The notes below the pieces were generated by a model. The model ran no database searches, had not been told where the DNA came from, and worked only from the letters and a program-made list of their open reading frames with translations. Shown in pieces: positions 32,999-47,916 of a stretch of DNA of 64,000 bases. Both the position numbers and the translations under genes were made by a program. The stretch lies in the sequence record MZ444140.1; one strand, given 5' to 3'. The number at the start of each line of letters is the position of its first letter. The stretch's first letter is position 1.

Positions 32999-33122
32999 TT
33001 AATTCTCCCAAGTTGGAGCTTTGAACTCGATGTTATGAGTGTTAACTAACAGTCAATCATAGATATTAATCATAGTTGACCATACTAGTTATTTTTTACT
33101 ATCCATTTAAGGAGTAGCGGTA

Positions 33123-38453
<5,331 letters not shown>

Positions 38454-38460
38454 ATATACT

Positions 38461-38485
38461 GCCCCCTAGGAATCACCTAGGGGGC
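38461..38485 (+). terminator. Stem-loop after the baseplate genes
   Basis: GCCCCCTAGG/CCTAGGGGGC followed by TTTAT. Confidence 0.7.
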
Positions 38486-38592
38486 TTTATAACGTCTTTT
38501 AACACATTATCCATATGAGACTATACTTTACAATTGCCGTTCAATACGGCTTTATTATGGCACATTAAAATAAGTACCTTAAAGGGCAGTGT

Positions 38593-40746
38593 ATGGACGT
38601 TATACTTTTCAATAGTGATTGGGATAAATACTACAGCGCTAGTGTTGATCTTACTACTAAAAATAAATCTTTTATAAAGTTAGCCTTGACTTATAAAAAG
38701 ATGGGTATTAAAAATTACAAATTTATACTAGCTATATTGGACCAAGGTTTAATTGGGGTGGATCCATATGACCCTAATCTTAGCGAAGAAATGAAGTTCC
38801 GTATTAACATGGAATGCAAATATAATCCTTGGTATTTTTTTAGGGAAGTGGCAAGAATCCCCCCTAACTCGGGTAATAACCCAATTCCATTCCAAGCTAA
38901 CCGTGGTAATATTGCTTTATTCTGGTGTTATTTCAATCACGTAGATTTTGGTTTATTACAGCCTCGTCAGACAGGTAAGTCCGTATCAACTGACGTGCTC
39001 AATACAGGCATGATGTATATCTGGGGTGAGAACACTAAGATTAATCTTATTACTAAAGATAACAAACTACGTAATGCTAACATCGAGCGTCTAAAAGTAA
39101 TGCGTGATTTGTTACCAGAGTATATCCACTATACTGATCCATTAGATGCGGATAACTCCGAATTGATGACATGTATTAGATTAGGTAATAGGTATCTAAC
39201 AGCTGTTGGTCGAAATGATGTTAACGCAGCTGATAAATTAGGTCGTGGTCTTACTGTACCAAATATGCACTTTGACGAACTTGCATATATTAACTTAATT
39301 GGTGTTTCACTACCTGTTGCACTTGCGTCAGGTTCAGCAGCTCGTGATGAAGCTCGCCGTGAGAACCAGCCTTATGGTAACATCTATACAACTACAGCTG
39401 GTAACATCACTACCCGTGATGGTGAATTTGCATATCACTTCTTAACAGGTGGCTGCCCATGGTCAGAGGAATTCTTTGATCTACCAGATCAGAAAACTCT
39501 ACATCGTGTTGTAGAAAAAGGCACTACTGGAAAGAAACCTCTAGTTTATGGTGCATTTAACCACCGTCAATTAGGACGTACCGATGAGTGGTTATATAAC
39601 ACACTTCGTGAATCAGGTTCATTCGGTGAAATTGCCGATAGGGACTTCTTCAATATTTGGACAGTTGGTGGTGAAGGTTCACCCTTATCATCAGATGAGA
39701 AAGATAAACTTAAAAACAATATGCGTGAGCCAAGCTGGACAGAAATCACGGATGATGGTTACACACTTCGTTGGTATATACCAAAAGAAGAAGTAGCCTC
39801 ACGGATGATGAAAGGTAGGTTCGTTATGGGTACCGACCCATCTGAACTTCTTGGTGAAGATAATGACGCCACCGGCACAGTTGTAGTTGACGTAGAAACA
39901 CATGAGGTTATGTGTGTTGGTAGATACAATGAATCATCAGTGCCATCAATGGGTAATTTCTTTGCAACAATGCTATTGAGATATCCTAATATTCTTTGGA
40001 TACCAGAACGTAAATCAATAGGTATATCGTTAATTGACCATGTTATCTTGATTCTACATACTAAAGGAGTAGATCCATTCCGGCGTATCTTTAACAGAAT
40101 TGTCAATGAATCATCAGAAAGAGAAAATGATTTCAGAGACATTCAAACTCCGTTATCAGCAAGACAACCATCGTTCTATGATAGGTTTAAACGTTATTTT
40201 GGCTATGCAACGTCAGGTACTGGCGAGTATTCTCGTGATAATCTATTTAAGGTGGCATTACCATCAGCAATGCATTATGGGGTAAGGACCATCTATGATA
40301 AACCACTTAGCACGGAGTTATTAGCACTTACTATCCGTAATGGTAGAATTGACCATGCTAAGGGGAACCATGATGACTTAGTGGTATCATTATTATTAGC
40401 CCATTGGTTATTAATACAAGGTAAGAATTTATCTTATTATGGTATCAATGTTCCCATCTTAGGTAAATCAAAATTACGTGATAAAGAACCAAGTCAACTT
40501 GAAAAATATCATGAAGAGAAAGAACAGCAAGGTCGCAAAGAATTTGAAGAGATAATTGAGCAGCTTCACGGTGAAAAGAACCCGATGATTGCAGCTAAAT
40601 TAGAAATGCGTTTGAAACAATTGTCTAAACGTGTTAATATTGATGATAGCAGTGGTGTAGGTATTGATGCCATGTTAAATCAAGCTCGTACAGAGCGTAC
40701 ACGTAGAGTGCGTATTAACAGATATTCTAGAAATAGTTGGTATTAA
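38593..40746 (+). CDS. terL: Terminase large subunit (phiKZ gp25 equivalent)
   Basis: Walker A QPRQTGKS, Walker B MHFDE, nuclease GTDPS and HDDLVVS; 717 aa. Confidence 0.92.
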   Translation: MDVILFNSDWDKYYSASVDLTTKNKSFIKLALTYKKMGIKNYKFILAILDQGLIGVDPYDPNLSEEMKFRINMECKYNPWYFFREVARIPPNSGNNPIPFQANRGNIALFWCYFNHVDFGLLQPRQTGKSVSTDVLNTGMMYIWGENTKINLITKDNKLRNANIERLKVMRDLLPEYIHYTDPLDADNSELMTCIRLGNRYLTAVGRNDVNAADKLGRGLTVPNMHFDELAYINLIGVSLPVALASGSAARDEARRENQPYGNIYTTTAGNITTRDGEFAYHFLTGGCPWSEEFFDLPDQKTLHRVVEKGTTGKKPLVYGAFNHRQLGRTDEWLYNTLRESGSFGEIADRDFFNIWTVGGEGSPLSSDEKDKLKNNMREPSWTEITDDGYTLRWYIPKEEVASRMMKGRFVMGTDPSELLGEDNDATGTVVVDVETHEVMCVGRYNESSVPSMGNFFATMLLRYPNILWIPERKSIGISLIDHVILILHTKGVDPFRRIFNRIVNESSERENDFRDIQTPLSARQPSFYDRFKRYFGYATSGTGEYSRDNLFKVALPSAMHYGVRTIYDKPLSTELLALTIRNGRIDHAKGNHDDLVVSLLLAHWLLIQGKNLSYYGINVPILGKSKLRDKEPSQLEKYHEEKEQQGRKEFEEIIEQLHGEKNPMIAAKLEMRLKQLSKRVNIDDSSGVGIDAMLNQARTERTRRVRINRYSRNSWY

Positions 40747-40768
40747 ACAAAAAAAAATAATAATACGT

Positions 40769-40793
40769 TACCCTCTTCGCAATGAAGAGGGTA
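40769..40793. terminator. Bidirectional stem-loop between convergent genes
   Basis: TACCCTCTTC-GCAAT-GAAGAGGGTA. Confidence 0.75.
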
Positions 40794-40800
40794 TTTGAAG

Positions 40801-41067
40801 TTAAGCAACTCTAGCGAACAAAAGATTACTGGAGTTAGAATTAATATGATAGTTAGACGATCCGTCAATCCATTTAGCATCGGAAATCTTGTTTACAAGC
40901 TGACCATCGCCAATGTAACCTAGGAAAGTTTTATTATCATATACAGCAATTTTGATTAGCTCATTTCGTCCGTAGACTAGTGGCTTACCATTGAATGCTG
41001 TTACTTCTAAACCAGACATGTATCCATAAATTGGATCAGGTCTGGAACTTGTTTCAAAGACTTTCAT
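40801..41067 (-). CDS. Hypothetical protein (start revised to MKVFETS)
   Basis: GAGGAG RBS before the ATG at 41067. Confidence 0.65.
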   Translation of the reverse strand: MKVFETSSRPDPIYGYMSGLEVTAFNGKPLVYGRNELIKIAVYDNKTFLGYIGDGQLVNKISDAKWIDGSSNYHINSNSSNLLFARVA

Positions 41068-41350
41068 TCGAAGTCTCCTCTGCAAGAAAGCCCATTTTGG
41101 GCAAAAATGTCAAGCTTAAACTTGACGACATATAGCCCTCCTGGTGCAACAGGAGGGCTAATCTTTTCAGAACGTACGGTGTTGTTATAATATTACTAGC
41201 GAAAATACCCATGATGGGTAAGTAGCTAATCCGCAGTTCTCTTGGATGATACCTACTGACAGTGTAGTCGCGAATGCGCTGTTTGGAACCCCACTGGTTT
41301 AGCGGCCAGTGGGAATTCCTTTTATGCCGTCTCGACCTTCTTTACTGAGT

Positions 41351-41566
41351 TTAGGAAAAATTGAAAACGATTTCATTATCATGCCATTCCCAGGTGGCCA
41401 CAATGATAGATTCATCACTCCGCTTCAACAGCTTACCCTGACCAAGTACATGTTGGTCGATCCACGTCAGTGGTCGACCTTCTTGTTCGGCCAATGCATT
41501 TAATACGGCTCCATAAGTACCAGCCTTATAATTACCATAAGGACCATTATACATTTTCATTGACAT
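41351..41566 (-). CDS. Small hypothetical protein, possibly truncated
   Basis: 71 aa with AAGGA RBS. Confidence 0.5.
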   Translation of the reverse strand: MSMKMYNGPYGNYKAGTYGAVLNALAEQEGRPLTWIDQHVLGQGKLLKRSDESIIVATWEWHDNEIVFNFS

Positions 41567-41643
41567 GAGTTAATTTCCTTTAACAGCTACAAATGGTCTT
41601 GTTACTGAACTCGAAGATTGAATGCATCTTGTCCATGATGACC

Positions 41644-41979
41644 TCAGATATTTACCATGTTCATGAATTCGGCGTAGTTATAGCCAGTATTCATGTCGAG
41701 GTAGTCTTGTTCGACCATGTCGTCATTCAGGTACTTGACGTAAGCCTCGGCGTGAGCAGTGGCTACCGACTTGGTGAAGAAGTAACGAGCGTGTTGACGG
41801 TTCTGTTCGAATCGACGCAGATTAGTAGTGGCCTGACCGCCGAAACCATTGACCTCCATTACCCCGTAAACAGTACGATCATCCAAAGTAGTGATCTGTG
41901 CAATCACTACACGAGAAGCATTTTCCGAATGGTCGATGAACGTCATACTGTAAATCTCGATTTCTTTGAAGTCTTCCAT
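41644..41979 (-). CDS. Early-region hypothetical protein
   Basis: 111 aa, GC-richer codons. Confidence 0.7.
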   Translation of the reverse strand: MEDFKEIEIYSMTFIDHSENASRVVIAQITTLDDRTVYGVMEVNGFGGQATTNLRRFEQNRQHARYFFTKSVATAHAEAYVKYLNDDMVEQDYLDMNTGYNYAEFMNMVNI

Positions 41980-42125
41980 TAGAATTTCCTGTTAAGAAAT
42001 GAATAGACAATCCCTACCCGAAGGGAGGGGCCTTATATCGTTACTTGCTGTGAAGATTTTTCTCGCGTACAGCGTCTGTTAACTGACGTGGCGGGTTGAG
42101 TTGATCTGACAGGAGCTTCCGGAGG

Positions 42126-42383
42126 TTATCCAGACCGATTACTTTCTTCTTGGATATTGAGATTATTCTCTTTAAGTAATTTGTTGAGGTGGTATTTAAC
42201 CTCCACCCATTCTAACCTACCCACGTCAATCCACTTCCGATAACCAGGAGCAGCAGGTTTGAGGACCTGGGTTTTCCAGCGCTGAAATCGGAAGTTGCCG
42301 ACACGGATATCGGTGCTCTCAACAAAGCGAGGTGGGAGTATACCGAGGTCAGTCAGTATCCCTCGTAGCTTGTCAGAGTTCAT
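42126..42383 (-). CDS. Early-region hypothetical protein, possibly frameshifted near its 3' end
   Basis: 85 aa; a protein-like +1 frame continues to about 42040. Confidence 0.55.
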   Translation of the reverse strand: MNSDKLRGILTDLGILPPRFVESTDIRVGNFRFQRWKTQVLKPAAPGYRKWIDVGRLEWVEVKYHLNKLLKENNLNIQEESNRSG

Positions 42384-42523
42384 CAGTAAGAACGCCTTGA
42401 GTTTCGAACACCGAAATGATCGATCATTCGTTGGAACAACTTGCCAAACGAGAACTTTTCATACTCGCAGTCGATATGGAGGACATCAACGGTGTCCACC
42501 GGTGGATTATAACTACTGCTCAT
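42383..42523 (-). CDS. Small hypothetical protein (46 aa, start revised to MSSSYNPP)
   Basis: AAGGAG RBS before the ATG at 42523. Confidence 0.55.
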   Translation of the reverse strand: MSSSYNPPVDTVDVLHIDCEYEKFSFGKLFQRMIDHFGVRNSRRSY

Positions 42524-42851
42524 TGGCCATCTCCTTACGTTTGTTTTTGGCCCAGTTCTTTTCATAATCGGAACGGATGAACTTAGCGCCGGCGGCATTT
42601 AGCCAGTAACGCTCCCCTTTGAAATAACGTTCTCGTTTAGCACGGGTCAAGCGAAGAGGATCGAACATATCTTGTTCCTGACACATGAATCGATTACGCA
42701 AGAAGCAGTTATCATTCAGGATTCGAACCGAGTACAGTTGACCAAGCCGGCAGTTAGCCAACTCAGCTTTCTCGGTACGTAGCCGAGTTTCGTATTTCTT
42801 TGCATCTTCGTGATGATTGCGAGGATGTTTCTTTCCAAGTTTCCTAGACAT
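42513..42851 (-). CDS. Basic hypothetical protein
   Basis: 112 aa, K/R-rich. Confidence 0.7.
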   Translation of the reverse strand: MSRKLGKKHPRNHHEDAKKYETRLRTEKAELANCRLGQLYSVRILNDNCFLRNRFMCQEQDMFDPLRLTRAKRERYFKGERYWLNAAGAKFIRSDYEKNWAKNKRKEMANEQ

Positions 42852-42862
42852 TATGTTTTTTC

Positions 42863-43168
42863 CTATTCTGTTGTTTTACGAAAAATCTTATCATGGAACG
42901 TCATTGCCAACACGACGCCTATCGAACCACCTAGACCGCTGGATATGATAGCAGGAAGACCCACTATTACAAATAGTCCAATGGTGGTCAACTCAAGGGT
43001 ACTGATACCCCATGAGGTGAAGAAAGCAGCTTTTTTGTACCCATGAAAGATGTTTCTTTGTTGAAAGGTTTTTACAAAGGCATAGATGAATGATGTAGCT
43101 GTACTTAACAGTAGTAATATCCAGATAGGTAGATCATGATTAATGTTAATCACTTCTCTTGTTCCCAC
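42863..43168 (-). CDS. Small multi-pass membrane protein
   Basis: Three hydrophobic segments and a GLGGSIG motif. Confidence 0.65.
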   Translation of the reverse strand: MGTREVININHDLPIWILLLLSTATSFIYAFVKTFQQRNIFHGYKKAAFFTSWGISTLELTTIGLFVIVGLPAIISSGLGGSIGVVLAMTFHDKIFRKTTE

Positions 43169-43218
43169 ACGGTGGGCTCACATTTAGTATGTTGGACATT
43201 ATGAATATCTTCCAGTTG

Positions 43219-43506
43219 TTAGATATTGTGTTCCTTCGTATCGATGGCCGCCAGCGCCACGATTTCGACATGATAAGGATGATCCACATTATGGCTGATA
43301 CATGCCTCGCATTTGAAGATACGCCACATTCCATACGAAGGTAGTTCACGGTTTTTCAAATAAGCATAATCGTGAGCGGCCGCAAGATATTTTTGTTGGA
43401 TGGAAAACTCACAAGTAATGTAACCTTTCTCACGAATGAATTCATTGGTCATCTGATCGAAGATCTGTTTGAGTTCATCAGTAAGGGCGACTTGAGTTTC
43501 GAACAT
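43219..43506 (-). CDS. Hypothetical protein
   Basis: 95 aa with AAGGA RBS. Confidence 0.65.
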   Translation of the reverse strand: MFETQVALTDELKQIFDQMTNEFIREKGYITCEFSIQQKYLAAAHDYAYLKNRELPSYGMWRIFKCEACISHNVDHPYHVEIVALAAIDTKEHNI

Positions 43507-43563
43507 TGAAAGTTTCCTTTTGATATATTAAATAGTTTTGATTATTTCGGAGTTATTGAATAT

Positions 43564-43782
43564 TTAGGTTACCATCTGCTCTATATAAACTCGGCTGATT
43601 TCATTTAAGTAAGCGAGTGCCAATAGAATACCAGCCCAAATAACAATTTTTCGAGTAGTCTGTTTTTCTATTACACCTGGGTGTGATTCACGAATACTAC
43701 GGTGACAAAATACATAAAACAGACACAGACTCATTGTAACAAAGATAATGGTAAACCATCCCAGATAGATCATTTTCTTCAC
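43564..43782 (-). CDS. Small two-helix membrane protein
   Basis: Two hydrophobic segments. Confidence 0.6.
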   Translation of the reverse strand: MKKMIYLGWFTIIFVTMSLCLFYVFCHRSIRESHPGVIEKQTTRKIVIWAGILLALAYLNEISRVYIEQMVT

Positions 43783-43802
43783 CTATTTTTTATAAATAGA
43801 GT

Positions 43803-44132
43803 TTATAGTTTAGTTAGGCGGATGATTTCTTCTAAAGCTGCATCAACTTGATAATACGGCCATGAATCAACACGAGGTTCGTTATCAAAGTATGTCCAAA
43901 GTTGAATACCTTGGAGTTTATTGTAGAATACATTGATTCTGATTCCTTCATGGCCAACAAGACCTTCAATGTAAGCTGCACCATGCACATACGTAACATG
44001 TAGTGCGTACTCGCTATCTTCACCAATGTATTGTATAGGTCTGGAGTAGATGAAGGAATAAGGATTAAATGGATCAGCCTGAGTGATATGTTCGAAGAAT
44101 TCTTTCAAACTAGATTTTTTCATATTGGACAT
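43803..44132 (-). CDS. Hypothetical protein
   Basis: 109 aa with GAGG RBS. Confidence 0.65.
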   Translation of the reverse strand: MSNMKKSSLKEFFEHITQADPFNPYSFIYSRPIQYIGEDSEYALHVTYVHGAAYIEGLVGHEGIRINVFYNKLQGIQLWTYFDNEPRVDSWPYYQVDAALEEIIRLTKL

Positions 44133-44194
44133 TATATTTTCCTCATGATTTATTAAGTATACCTCCTAGAAGATAGACTTAATACTATTCGATG

Positions 44195-44587
44195 TTATTT
44201 TAAGACACCTGCCTTGTAACCTTTAACAACAGTTCTAGCTTCTAATGCACTGATTTCGCCAATGTGTTTACGCAGTGCTTTAATAGCGTTGATGGTAGGT
44301 TCATTATCCGCGATATGTCGCCAGTTTCCCTTACCCTTAATGAGTTCAACATCCTGGACATATAGACCATCTTTAACTAGATCCATTGTTTCTACCAACT
44401 TTTCGACTTCTTTAGTTAGATGCGTATGAAGACTGGCGAGGGACATGTCAGTCATTTGATGCACATCATAGAGAAAATCCCTATTATCAGAAGACGATAA
44501 AATTTCTTTGGTGAGTTTATTTACAGTGTCAATGTTTGCTGCAATTGAAACTAGCAGTGCAGCATATTTCTCTGCATTATAATTCAT
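44195..44587 (-). CDS. Protein with a C-terminal ribosomal bL12 (L7/L12) CTD-like motif
   Basis: INAIKALRKHIGEISALEARTVV resembles bL12 I.VIKAVREITGLGLKEAK.LV. Confidence 0.55.
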   Translation of the reverse strand: MNYNAEKYAALLVSIAANIDTVNKLTKEILSSSDNRDFLYDVHQMTDMSLASLHTHLTKEVEKLVETMDLVKDGLYVQDVELIKGKGNWRHIADNEPTINAIKALRKHIGEISALEARTVVKGYKAGVLK

Positions 44588-44615
44588 TAATACGTATTCC
44601 TATTTAAAATTGGAT

Positions 44616-44759
44616 TTAGTGTAATGCGGTAATACTGCGAATATCTAATTCATGTAAATCATATTTCTTTAGGAACTCATTCACCGCTTGCTGAATGGTG
44701 TACCCACTCGGAGATTCCCACTGAGTACCATTAAAAGCAATAATACGATAACCTACCAT
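44616..44759 (-). CDS. Unlisted small protein (47 aa, MVGYRIIAFNGTQWESPSG...)
   Basis: Hand translation; GAGGA RBS; fills the gap after the 44783-44810 hairpin. Confidence 0.6.
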   Translation of the reverse strand: MVGYRIIAFNGTQWESPSGYTIQQAVNEFLKKYDLHELDIRSITALH

Positions 44760-44782
44760 TTTTTATTCCTCTAATCACAAAA

Positions 44783-44810
44783 TAAATACCCTCCCGAAGG
44801 AGGGTATTTA
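44783..44810. terminator. Stem-loop terminator
   Basis: Perfect 12-bp stem TAAATACCCTCC/GGAGGGTATTTA; UUCG loop on the minus strand. Confidence 0.75.
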
Positions 44811-44815
44811 TATCG

Positions 44816-45295
44816 TTACCAATTGATTACAGCGACAAACTCAAATACCCGACACAATTCTTTATCACGATGGGCATGATGAAAAGATTTACCTTCAATA
44901 CCGCAATACGGATAAAACAATTTTCGGTGTTCCGTGTCGCCGAACCAGAAGGTGGTGTTATTGGAATCAACCACACCATGGATAGCCACATCACGAATGT
45001 ACTGAAATACATGAACTGCCTTATCAGTGATCACTCGCAGTTCTACACCGTGTTCCTTCATCATAGCCAGGATGTCTTCCTTGGTGTAATCTGCTTGTTC
45101 AGCATTGGTCATGATCTTGTGAGTCAGAGAACGCTTTTCCTTGTCACCGAAACAGATACAGACCAATTGCACCAACTGACCTTCTACCTTGAGACCACTG
45201 GTCGGTTTTAGTAGAACGAACTCATCATATTTGTAATCATTGGTGACAATCAGTGCCGACTTATTGCGAGTGACAATACCTAAGCTATACGACAT
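44816..45295 (-). CDS. Hypothetical protein
   Basis: 159 aa with GAGGA RBS. Confidence 0.7.
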   Translation of the reverse strand: MSYSLGIVTRNKSALIVTNDYKYDEFVLLKPTSGLKVEGQLVQLVCICFGDKEKRSLTHKIMTNAEQADYTKEDILAMMKEHGVELRVITDKAVHVFQYIRDVAIHGVVDSNNTTFWFGDTEHRKLFYPYCGIEGKSFHHAHRDKELCRVFEFVAVINW

Positions 45296-45379
45296 AATTA
45301 ATTTTCCTCATTTTAGAATATGTTGAACCTTGTGGATGTCTTACAGATTACTGTTAAGGCCAGAAGCTATGTCATAGTG

Positions 45380-45826
45380 CTACTGATTTACACGTTTTTG
45401 GTATCCCACCATGTAACTTTTATTGAGGTAGCCCTTGATATTACAATCTACCTCCAGTTCATCTGCTGGGAAACCACTACGGATACGTCTACGAATAGCC
45501 AGTAAGATGGATTCAGATTCTTCTGGATCGAACAGATCTACGCCAAAGGTAGTCCAACTATTACCTATTTTGTGCTGATATTCCAGACGTACGGTAGTGC
45601 CATCCGGTGCGATGAACCAACGTTCGTACTCAGATACGACCATATGACAACCACACTGCCACAAAGTACCTAGTGGATCTTTAGAAGCAAGGATACGTTT
45701 GGTATCATTCTCATCTTGCGATTTCGAATCAGGGCTGGAACAGAGATGGGATAGTAGAAACAGAAGCGATGCTTCGGTGCTATGAGTACACAGCATTGCG
45801 CGGGTGAGGTTTGCATTGATGATCAT
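45380..45826 (-). CDS. Hypothetical protein
   Basis: 148 aa with AAGGA RBS. Confidence 0.7.
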   Translation of the reverse strand: MIINANLTRAMLCTHSTEASLLFLLSHLCSSPDSKSQDENDTKRILASKDPLGTLWQCGCHMVVSEYERWFIAPDGTTVRLEYQHKIGNSWTTFGVDLFDPEESESILLAIRRRIRSGFPADELEVDCNIKGYLNKSYMVGYQKRVNQ

Positions 45827-45893
45827 TTGTATTTTCCTTTTTACAGTTTATGAATCTATTGCTAAATAAAAAAATAAGATACAGAAAATAAAA

Positions 45894-45911
45894 GGGAGTC
45901 CGAAGACTCCC
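45894..45911 (-). terminator. Intrinsic terminator
   Basis: GGGAGTC-TTCG-GACTCCC then TTTTATTTT on the minus strand. Confidence 0.8.
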
Positions 45912-45926
45912 ATTATTGCGTGTAAT

Positions 45927-47039
45927 CTATTTGACAATAACCGCTTTAGAAAGAGTTTCCATACTTCCAATAACTAATTTGGATTTCTCTTCTTCAGGGT
46001 TCTCCATAGCTTCATGCAGGAGTTCACCGATGGTTTTGGGTTGAATGTCATCACTGATTTCACGCGAGCAGGCCGCGTCGTCATACATGTCAAACATATT
46101 CAGATCATCATCGTCCAGTGGTGTGCTGTCATTCCATGAATAGCTTGATTCATCTGAGATATAATCAGACCCACTATACTGTTCACGGAGGTCACGGTCC
46201 AGTTCCTCCTCATACATCTTATCCATTTCTTTTTCCTCCATTTCTTGTGCTTTACGGCGTGAAGTTTTGTAAAACGGTAGTAGACGTTGCAGGACTTTAT
46301 GGAACTTCTTCTTGCTGATCAACCAACTGATGGAGTAATGGGTTAATTGTACTTCAGCAGCCTTAATGGTCGGATCAGAATACATCGCCGCAATCAGTTT
46401 CTCTAGGTCATAAAGATGGTCTTTTACTGGATCAGCATAAGCTGGATGTTCTTGAAGTGCGAACATTACGAATGTACGCATATCAGTAATAAAGTACTGG
46501 TTGTGATGTTTGTTAATTTCAGCGTAATTGATATCAGTGTAATGATAGTAGACAGATTCTTCCTCACGGGTCAAACTACGGATTTTGGTAGGGCGCGTTC
46601 CTTCCATCCAGTATACAGACGGATGTTTCACACGGGTATTCCAACCATGGGCATGATCGCACGTGGTGGATTCTTCTTTGAACCAAGTGAAGTTACCTTT
46701 ACCACGTTCGAGGATCTTTTTACACCAGCTAATATTGATTGACTTGTTACGATCTTCAGTCAGATCACAGGGTTGATCCAGAACAGCGACATAGCTGTCA
46801 TGACCATTAGCCACGATACCAAGAACGGTAGCTTCGAATGTCTCGTAGCGCTGACCGGGATACACACGTTCATTTTCGTTCAGGAAACGAAGAGAGCAGG
46901 ACTCGAAGATTGCACGGGTGCCAGCAGGGAAATGAGCGCGACCGAAGGGGCTCTCGGCTTTACGTTCCTTGCGACGTTCAATGACCCATTCCAGTTTTTC
47001 TTTGGTCAGACGGGTGACGGGTTCGCGATATTGTTTCAT
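45927..47039 (-). CDS. Probable phiKZ014-like early ribosome-associating protein (370 aa, acidic C-terminal tail)
   Basis: Start revised to MKQYREP (AAAGGA RBS); length, position and acidic tail agree with my recollection of phiKZ014. Confidence 0.55.
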   Translation of the reverse strand: MKQYREPVTRLTKEKLEWVIERRKERKAESPFGRAHFPAGTRAIFESCSLRFLNENERVYPGQRYETFEATVLGIVANGHDSYVAVLDQPCDLTEDRNKSINISWCKKILERGKGNFTWFKEESTTCDHAHGWNTRVKHPSVYWMEGTRPTKIRSLTREEESVYYHYTDINYAEINKHHNQYFITDMRTFVMFALQEHPAYADPVKDHLYDLEKLIAAMYSDPTIKAAEVQLTHYSISWLISKKKFHKVLQRLLPFYKTSRRKAQEMEEKEMDKMYEEELDRDLREQYSGSDYISDESSYSWNDSTPLDDDDLNMFDMYDDAACSREISDDIQPKTIGELLHEAMENPEEEKSKLVIGSMETLSKAVIVK

Positions 47040-47136
47040 TTGTATTTTCCTTTTTACATTTGGGTTTAATTGAGTACATCTCAATGCATCCTTTTCAAGA
47101 CACATTGAGATGGGGTCTCTTCGGAGACCCCATCTA

Positions 47137-47739
47137 TTATTCCTGGGTCAATTCCCCAAGACGACCTTCAGCTTTCATACGACGGATCTCTGAAATGGAC
47201 TTACCATACTTTGCCGCAAGTTCCTTGACAGTACCTTCCGGAGCAGGTTTACCCATGTCGCGGAAGTTTTGCTTAGCGATGTCGTAGCGTTGTGCCTGAA
47301 GAGTCTTCAACTCAGAACGAACTAAAGCATTACCAAGGAATTGAGTGAGAATTGGCATCACGAAAGATTTCATCTTATCGCGGTACATGTTGACCCATGC
47401 ACAGTATTCATCTACGTGAATGGATGCGTACTCAGCTACTTTAGTATATTCTAAAAAGCCAACAGCATCCGGGCCTTGATCAACATAGACCATCTTGTTG
47501 AAAAGAGCTATGCCAATGATCGAGGAGCGCTCTGCTTTTATGAAGGCTAGAGTATCTTCGATGATAATCTTTTCCAGGTCCTTGTACTTAACAGGGTCGT
47601 TATTGATCAATGCCAACATGGCATCAACCTTTACAGTCAACTTCATGTCTTCATTACGACAATAGACCAGTTTATTGGTCTGTTCTTGGGTGAACACATG
47701 GTCCACGTTTTGGAAGACTTTCGACAGACGACTATCCAT
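47137..47739 (-). CDS. Protein with a C-terminal helix-turn-helix
   Basis: TVKELAAKYGKSISEIRRMKAEGRL. Confidence 0.65.
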   Translation of the reverse strand: MDSRLSKVFQNVDHVFTQEQTNKLVYCRNEDMKLTVKVDAMLALINNDPVKYKDLEKIIIEDTLAFIKAERSSIIGIALFNKMVYVDQGPDAVGFLEYTKVAEYASIHVDEYCAWVNMYRDKMKSFVMPILTQFLGNALVRSELKTLQAQRYDIAKQNFRDMGKPAPEGTVKELAAKYGKSISEIRRMKAEGRLGELTQE

Positions 47740-47916
47740 TTATTTATCCTCATTTACAGTGAATGCAAACATAGTACATTTCGGCTTAGCGGGATGCTGA
47801 CACCATTTCTCTGAAACTTTACCTTCAGGCTTAGTGAGTCCGTAATAGAACTCACCAACTGCCATCGAGAAGCCGATCAGAATTGCAAGAAAACCTACCA
47901 CTATTTTGGTTTTCAC
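47740..47916 (-). CDS. Unlisted small membrane-anchored protein (58 aa)
   Basis: GTG start overlapping the upstream TGA; N-terminal hydrophobic helix; W-C...C pair; stop abuts the next ATG. Confidence 0.65.
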   Translation of the reverse strand: MKTKIVVGFLAILIGFSMAVGEFYYGLTKPEGKVSEKWCQHPAKPKCTMFAFTVNEDK

